Positions 54,822 to 64,000 of a DNA stretch of 64,000 nucleotides are shown in pieces. Position 1 is the first letter of the stretch. The number at the start of each line of letters is the position of its first letter. A program made the position numbers and the translations under genes. Location of the stretch: the NCBI RefSeq assembly GCF_009914755.1, contig NC_060931.1. The stretch is one strand, 5' to 3'. This DNA is from the human T2T-CHM13v2.0 reference genome, Homo sapiens. The notes under the pieces are model-generated. The model did no database searches, was not told the DNA's origin, and saw only the letters and a list, made by a program, of their open reading frames with translations.

Positions 54822-55983
54822 TAGTCTTATGCCACTTAATAACAGGAATATGACCTGAGAAATATTTCCTTAGGCCATTTTGTCACTGTGTGAACATCAT
54901 AGAGTGTTTTTACACAAACCTAGATGGGACAGCTTACTACACACCTAGGCTATATGGTATAGCCTATTGCTTCTAGGCTACTAACCTGCACAGCATGTTA
55001 CTCTATTGAATAGGCAATTCTAAACATGTCTAAACATAGAAAAGGTAAGGTAAAAGTACAGTGTAAAAGATAAAAAATGGTACACCTGTATAGGGCACGT
55101 ACCATGGAGCTTATTGGACTGGAAGTTGCTCTAGGTGAGTCAGTGAGTGGTGAGTGACTGAAGGCCTAGGACATTACTGTACACTGTGTAGAATTTATAA
55201 ACACTCTACACTTAGGCTACACTAAATGTATAAAAATAGTTTTATTTCTTCAGTAAAAATTAATCTTAGCTTACTATAACTTTTTACTTTATAAACTTAA
55301 TTTTTTAACCTTTCCATATTTATAATACAGCTTAAAACACACATACATTGTATAGCTGCACAAAAATAATGTCTTTATATCTTTATTCTATAATCTTTTT
55401 TCTATTTTAATTTTTTTAAATTTTTTAAACTTATTTTGTGAAAGACCAAGACACACAGATATACATAAGCATAGGCCTGCAGAGGGCCAGGAGCATCATT
55501 ATCACTGCCTTCCACCTCCACACTCTGTCCCACTGGAAGGTCTTCAGGGGCAATAACACAAATGGAGCTGTCATTTCCTATGATAACAATGTCTTCTGGA
55601 ATACCTCCTAAAGGACCTGCCTGTGGCTGTTTTACAGTTAGTTGTTTTTTGGTTTTTTTTTGTAATAAGTAGAAGGAGTACAATCTAAAATAACAATAAA
55701 AAGTATAGGATAGTAAATACATATACTGGTAATATAGTCATTTATTATCAAGTATTATATACTGTACATAACTGTATGTGCTATACTTTTATATGAGTGG
55801 CAGTGCAGTAGGTTTGTTTACACCGGAATCATCACAAACACATGAGTGATACATCATGCTATGACATTACAATGGCTAAGATATCACTAGCCAATAGGAA
55901 TTTTTCCAGCTTCATTATAATGAGACTGCTATTGTATATGCAGTCCATCATTAACCAGAACACCATCATGCAGCATATGACTG
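54822..55983 (-). mobile_element. Tigger3b (Golem) non-autonomous DNA transposon
   Basis: CACAAACCTAGATGG...CTACACACCTAGGCTATATGGTATAGCC; ends ATATGACTG; TA on both sides. Confidence 0.9.
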
Positions 55984-58680
55984 TACATGCTTTTGTCACC
56001 CAGTGGTAAAGCATTGAATGTGGGAACAGTGGATATCAAGTACATAAACTAGAAACATCTCAGCAACAAAATTTCAAGAAATGTTACAAAGTTTCTACAT
56101 ACTTTTTCAGATATTCCAGTTTTCAATTTTAATGCAACGTAATTCTCAATTTACCTTTTCCTGTCACTGGCATAATGCAGACGAGAATTCCTATTGGGAT
56201 GACACTTCAATGAGACAATTGTATATCACAGAATATGAATTTAGGTTGTAGCACAAGTAAATTTCTAACTCAAAGATCATTTTGTACCATCATGTGCATT
56301 TTCTTCTTACACATATAAAGAAAAGTTGATCTTACAACTAATAAACATATAATCATTCTTGTTATGATTTCTGGCTTGATGTTTTCCTTGGAAGATCCAA
56401 AAGAAAAAGGTACAATATCATTCTTTGTATGTAAGTTTATAAATGGAATACTCTCCCATGTAAATATGCCTATTTTTTTTTTGAATTCTCTAAATGAATT
56501 CACATTTTGGGAATTGTGGGTATTTCTTGGCCCATGATAAATGTCAGGGAAAAAAATTTCTTTGATATGAAAATTGTAAAAACAGATAATTAATTTCTTA
56601 TTTAACAAACAGAATTCTAGTCCTGCACCCAGATTTATAATTATAGCTAGTTCAGAATCACTATACAATTTTCCCATCATGAATGTAGTTTGTAGAGCTC
56701 TCTTCTTAAAAACATGAGTTGAAATTTTTAGTAATCAAAATGAAAAACATTTGCAAATTTTTCTAACATGCCTTCTCTGATGTTCCAAATTAATACCAAT
56801 AATTTGTTTTGAGATGAAACGCAGAAAACACTGAAGTAAAAGAAAAAAACTTTATAACAATAAAAAAAGAAAGCAAGGAAAGTTTGCTTTTTCCTTTCTT
56901 TCTTTCTTTTACCCTGTTTTAGTTTGGGACAAAATCATTTCCATTATAATGTATATAGCCAACTCTAACTAAGGTTTAAAGTGTTAGATATAAACTGCCA
57001 GTAAAAATAACTTTCTAAAATGGAATTTAATATGTAACTTTGCCATTGCTTTTTCATCTAAATTTTCTATGGCTTTGACATTTTCCCTAACTGAACCATT
57101 CACACTCTTTGCATTAGCAAATACTAAAATAAAAAATAAGCTATCTTTCCATTAGTATGAAAGAATAAAATGACTCAAACATGCTCTAATAGAGTATCTT
57201 ATATGATAATTTAAAAATATTTCTACTAATTTAGCTACCGTGAATTATGATCAGTGAGAAACAGTACAATTTTTTACCTTTCACTTGAGCCAAACTTTCT
57301 ACCAACATTCGTAAAAAGATATTAACAAGTTTCTTGCTTCAACACTTCATTGTATATTCTTGACATGGAACAAATGTAAGATTTAGAAAATAAGCAGAAT
57401 GTATTCAGTTAGGAACATATGGATCACAATAAATTAATAGAATAGTTACTATTTTGGATAAAGAAACATCTCATAATTAAATAACGTCTGGACAACTCTA
57501 AAAGCAGTATATGTTAATAATTAACTCTCTGTATGGAGACACAGCCCATAGAGAGTTTGTCTACTTAAAATCAGGGAAAGAGATAACCAGAAAAGGTCCT
57601 TTGCTAGATACAGAGTAAGCACTAAATAAATTAATTCCTTGCTCCCTAGAACTCTTAAAAAACAAATGACAACAATAAAACAAAAACAATCAACAGTAAT
57701 ACTGTTTCTAGCATCTGTTTAAGTTTTACTGTACTCAATAGTATTAAAATTATGACATATCCATAAAACACTCATTTCCTCTCTTTTGCCTATTTCAGCT
57801 TTATTTTATTTATTTTCCTAAGTGTTTGTTGCAGAAAGATGCCTTCAGGCACTACAATTACTAAATTAAGTTATTTTCAACTATCATAAACTAAAATGTG
57901 AAAATATCGACATATTTGAAAAAAGCCTTAACTATACATTATACCTGAAATCATATTTACCATTCCCAAGATATTAGAAATGTTTTATTCTGTCCAAAAC
58001 TCAGTCATACACCGAGAAATGAGAGAAGCATATGGGCAAATCTGGCTTATGACTCTCTCATGAATCTCTTTCCACTGTATAAATATAAATTGCATTAAAG
58101 TCAGCCTTTGTTTCAGAAGAATGCTTACATAGTTTCAAAATATCTAGGTTTTAGCTGTCCTAATTTTGCTGACAATGGGGAATTCATATTACAAATGTTG
58201 TGGAATAAAACCATAAAGGATTTAAAGATTGTAATAGTGTCAATGAACAATTTAATTTAGAAGAAAAATGCTGTGTGGGAGAGCATGGCAGAGGAAAGGA
58301 GGATGGCAGAGGACAGCTGAGGTCAGGGCCTGTCTTTAATATGTGCCTCCTCCTAATCAAGAGTCATAAAAAAGAAAATAATGTATTCCCAGGATTAGAG
58401 TCTCTCCTCTAGACCTTATTAAATGCTTCATACCCAAATGTTAAAAATCCAAGAAACATTAATACAGAGAAATACATGAGAAGATTAAACTATATGGGGC
58501 ATATGTTTCAATTTAGTTGATAGAATTTGAAAAACATGGCAACACAGATATTGCCAGCAAGGTCATAATTAAGCCATTAAATTATCAAAATAAGCTTCGT
58601 GTTTAGGTAAGACAGGGCTAGAAAAACAAACTGAAACGAAACTCTGACTAGAATGGCATGAATGAAATTTTTAATGAGTA

Positions 58681-60302
<1,622 letters not shown>

Positions 60303-60619
60303 TCTATACTACTTTAAATACATTTGAACTCCATTTTACAATTATTAAATAATAAAACCACTTAATCACATTTCTCTTATAATTTAAATAAAACATTGCC
60401 TAAAGAAAAGAAACAAAGTTTATTTTTTATTTTTTAGTTAAAGGAAATCAATGAACAAAATTCTTATTTTAGCCTTTAGCAAATGGATGCCTTAAACTAA
60501 AAATAATTTTGGAGTATTTAGATGACAAAAGGAATATATAAAAATAGCTATCTTCATAATTCTTCAAAATTTAGTAACATAAGACATTTTATTAAGGGGA
60601 GTTTATCCACACGTAACTA

Positions 60620-60731
60620 TAGTCATCCCTTGGTGTATGTAGGGATTGGTTGTAGGATCTCCACGTATACCAAAATCTGACATACTCAATTCCTGCAGTT
60701 TACCTGGCAGAACCTATATACAAAAAGTTGT
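60620..60731 (+). mobile_element. MER8/MER2-like Tigger MITE fragment
   Basis: TAGTCATCCCTTGGTG...GGGATTGGTT...CGTATACCAAAATC...CATACTCAA. Confidence 0.7.

Positions 60732-60734
<3 letters not shown>

Positions 60735-60779
<45 letters not shown>
60735..60779. repeat. (CA)n microsatellite
   Basis: Read directly from the sequence. Confidence 0.95.
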
Positions 60780-60787
<8 letters not shown>

Positions 60788-61059
60788 CATATGTTAATTA
60801 ATACCTTGAAATTTCTAAATTAAGAATTCTGTGACTTGGGTCTTTTTAAATAGGACAAAATTCCCTTTGTCTACAATGTTTTGAAAAACATAGTAGCAAA
60901 AACACTGTCTCAAATTCATTTATGAAGCAGTACTTATGGTTTATTTATCAGAATTGCAGAAAAGTAAAGAATAAAAGTTACATCTTCCTAACTTCTTTCT
61001 TTCCTCTCTATAGTAATTTAAAGGGACCTTTATTACATACAGCACCATCCCTGATTACA

Positions 61060-61215
61060 GTAAGGAGGCATAGATTCCATTTCTAGCTTTGTTACTAACT
61101 TATTACACGACCTTGGGCAAGTCATATCACCTTTCTGTACAATTAGGTGATTGCATTTTTCCCTCAGTATGGCTTATTCTCACCATCTCTAGGGCCTTTT
61201 ATGACCTAACAACAG
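61060..61215 (+). mobile_element. MIR-family SINE relic
   Basis: Core-like CTAGCTTTGTTACTAAC...GACCTTGGGCAAGTCA. Confidence 0.5.
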
Positions 61216-62725
61216 AGAGTGGTTTACAAAGATAACAGACAACCCACTTTTTTACTATATTTTAATCAGTTAATCTGGCAATCAAATAGATAATTCTGTT
61301 GATGGAATTGTCATAGCTTCTGTGATGATTAACAATGCTAATACCTCGAGTGGGTGGTATAGGTTAATTTACTCTTTGAGGATCCTTATAATGCTGTTTC
61401 AAATGATCATAAGGAATTACAGATAATTTCAGCTTGATTGCAGAATTCTTCTGCAACCAACATTACACAATGTTCAATATGACAGCTTAACTCCAAATTA
61501 AGTAAAATCAAACTAACAACTTTTTTACTTTTAAATACAATGGATTTATTCTTTTCTTAGGACAAATTTTATTTTAATTATTTGGTTTTATACACACAGA
61601 CACACAGTGCTATTTTTATCAACAGTGTGGAAACAAATGCTAACCAATTATAACTTACTGTTAGGTCTTAGATATTTTAAGGTAGATTAGCTATTTGTTT
61701 TGAAATTTCCCTCCCTAACTTTTTAGAAAATATTAAATTAGCAGAATCACAAAAACATATTATATTCACTAAAATACCCTTTTCCCATAATTTAGAAATG
61801 TCAAAGATTTTAGTATGATGCCCCAAGAGGAGAATTTAATGTTTGAGAATGGGTATTTTTTTCCCCAGAGGAAATGAGAATTATTCTAGATCATCATAAT
61901 AGTATACTATAGAGGGTTTTGTTTTGTGCTCTTTAGGGAAGAAAAAGCACATTCAGTTAGTGAGCTGGCATCCTCAAGGGCCTAAGGAATCAGGCTTGGG
62001 AAAAACAATGTTGTAAGTGTAATACTATAATTGAACTGCATTAAACTTTAATGAACTTGAATTGACAGCAGAGGAAAAAAATGATCTAATGTGTATTTCT
62101 GAAAATTCTTTCTCATTACCTTGAAATCCTATAAGACAATCTAAAGCATGTTTTATAAGAATTTGGTGAGAATGGAGTGGGGAAAGAGGAAACTATAGTT
62201 CTCTTATGTATGTATTGGAAGACATTTAATTACTGAATTTTAGAATTTACTGGCCAAAAGATTAGCAGAGAGGAGCTGTCTATAGGTATTTTTTCAAGAA
62301 AGGCAAATTCACATTGACAAGCCCCTAATTTCTGTCAAGTGCTATACCAGATAGACTCATTCACACTTAGTAACTCATTTTTTCCTCATCTTAACCTTAT
62401 CAGAAACACTTTCTGGGGTGAAATGTAAACTCCAGGAAAGGTTTACAGCAGCTTCATTTTGTTTCTATGGTGCCAAGCTCTCATGTAATGATATCACAGG
62501 AAACAAAGAGATTGAGAGAGTAAGGAGCCAAACTTTTAGTAGAAAAAATAAGCTTAAGTGTTGCCCTCTCTGTAATTTGCTCTCTTGAAACCTTCTGTTG
62601 GTCTTTTCCTTTCTGAGAGTTCTCCTTTTCTCTTGGACTACTTCTTTCTTTCCCATAAGTCAACAATTTTTGAAGCTGCATTCTATATTGCAGAACTCCA
62701 AACACCAACCAAGGTTAGGCTCAGG

Positions 62726-63801
62726 GGACAAATGGGATCTAATTAAACTAAAAAGATTCTGCACATCAAAAGAAACTATGAACAGAATAAACAGCTAAAG
62801 AGGTTCTGCATAGCAAAAAAATCTATGAACAGAATAAACAGACAACCTACAGAATGAGAGAAAATATTTCTAATTATGCATTTGACCAAGGTCTAATATC
62901 CAGAATCTATGAGGAACTTAAACAAATTAACAAGAAAAAAAACAAATAGCCCCATTAAAAAGTGGGCAAAGGACATGAACAGACTTCTTTTCAAAAGAAG
63001 ATAAACATGTGACCAACATGCATATGAAAAAATCCTCAACATAACTCATCATTAGAGAAATGCAAATCAAAACCACAATGAGATACCATCTCATACCAGT
63101 TAGAATGGCTATCATAAAAATTCAAAAATAAGAGATGCTGGCAACGTTGTGGAGAAAAGGAAACACTTATTCACTGGTGAGTAGGAATGTGAATTAGTTC
63201 AGCCATTGTGGAAAGCAGTTTGGAGATTTCTCAAAGAACTTAAAACAGAACTACCATTTGACCCAGTGATTCCATTATTGGGTATATACCCAAAGGAAAT
63301 AAATTATTATATCATAAAGACACATGTACATGTATGTTCATCACAGCATTATTCATAATAGTAAAGACATGGAATCAACATAAATGCCTATCAATGGTAG
63401 ACTGGTTAAACAAAAAGTGGTACACACATGCCATGGAATACTAGACAGCCATAAAAAGAATGAGATCATGTCCTTTTTCAGCAATATGGATGAAGCTGGA
63501 GGCCATTATCCTAAGTGCACTAACATAGGAACACAAAACCAAATATCGCATGTTCTCACTTATAAGTGGAAGCTTTGAGTACAAGTGGACACGAAGAAAA
63601 GAACAACAGATACTGGGGCTTATTTGAGGGTGGAGAATGGGAGGAGGGTGAGATTCAAAAAACTACCTATCAGGCACTGTGCTACTGTGCTTATTACCTG
63701 GGTGATGAAATAATCTGTACACTAAACCCCCATGACACACAATTTACTTATATAACAAACCTGCACCTGCACCCCTGAAACTAAAATAAAAGTTATAAAA
63801 A
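62726..63801 (+). mobile_element. 5'-truncated L1 (old L1PA type) 3' end
   Basis: GACAAATGGGATCTAATTAAACT...AATGAGATCATGTCCTTTT...TTACCTGGGTGATGAAATAATCTGTAC...CTAAAATAAAAGTT. Confidence 0.92.
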
Positions 63802-63857
63802 GACTACTAGATCTATCTCTAATCACTTCTAATATTTTTGGTTACAGTGAACTATAC

Positions 63858-64000
63858 AGTATTTTTCAGGTTTGTCCAGAGAAACATAACAAATAAGAAA
63901 CATAACAAATATCTATATCTATAGATAAACACACACATTTTGTGAGAAATTGGCTCATGCAATTTTGGATGCTGAGAAGTCCCATGATCTGCAGTTTGCA
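63858..64000 (-). mobile_element. MLT2 (ERVL) LTR running off the window
   Basis: TCCAGAGAAACA...AATTGGCTCATGCAATTTTGGATGCTGAGAAGTCCCATGATCTGC. Confidence 0.75.

Noticed and set aside
56270-56680. 136-aa minus-strand ORF
   Set aside because: Composition reflects AT-rich noncoding DNA; no recognisable homology.

Overview
AT-rich primate genomic DNA, very likely human because it carries AluYa5-lineage insertions. No intact protein-coding gene, functional RNA gene or CRISPR array is supported; the ORFs I could place are repeat-derived and the rest match nothing I recognise. Bases 1-33 kb are almost all nested transposons: a two-LTR, apparently non-coding MER65-like ERV1 provirus (tRNA-Ser PBS, embedded tRNA-Glu relic), several solo LTRs, an old L1 split by Tigger4, LTR8, THE1, MER11, a near full-length L1MA and Alus, and a decayed gamma-like ERV pol/env region. 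Bases 33-64 kb hold more unique sequence with L1 3' ends, Tigger1, Tigger3b, MER elements and Alus. The best leads are (1) a deletion junction filled by a ~225-bp copy of sequence 3.5 kb upstream, (2) a minus-strand cluster of exon-like segments at 34.0-36.3 kb with microexons and an old exon duplication, possibly a decayed or unannotated gene, (3) a tRNA-Glu copy inside the provirus, and (4) two very young AluYa-type insertions. Repeat subfamily names come from recalled consensus sequences and need RepeatMasker/Dfam confirmation.
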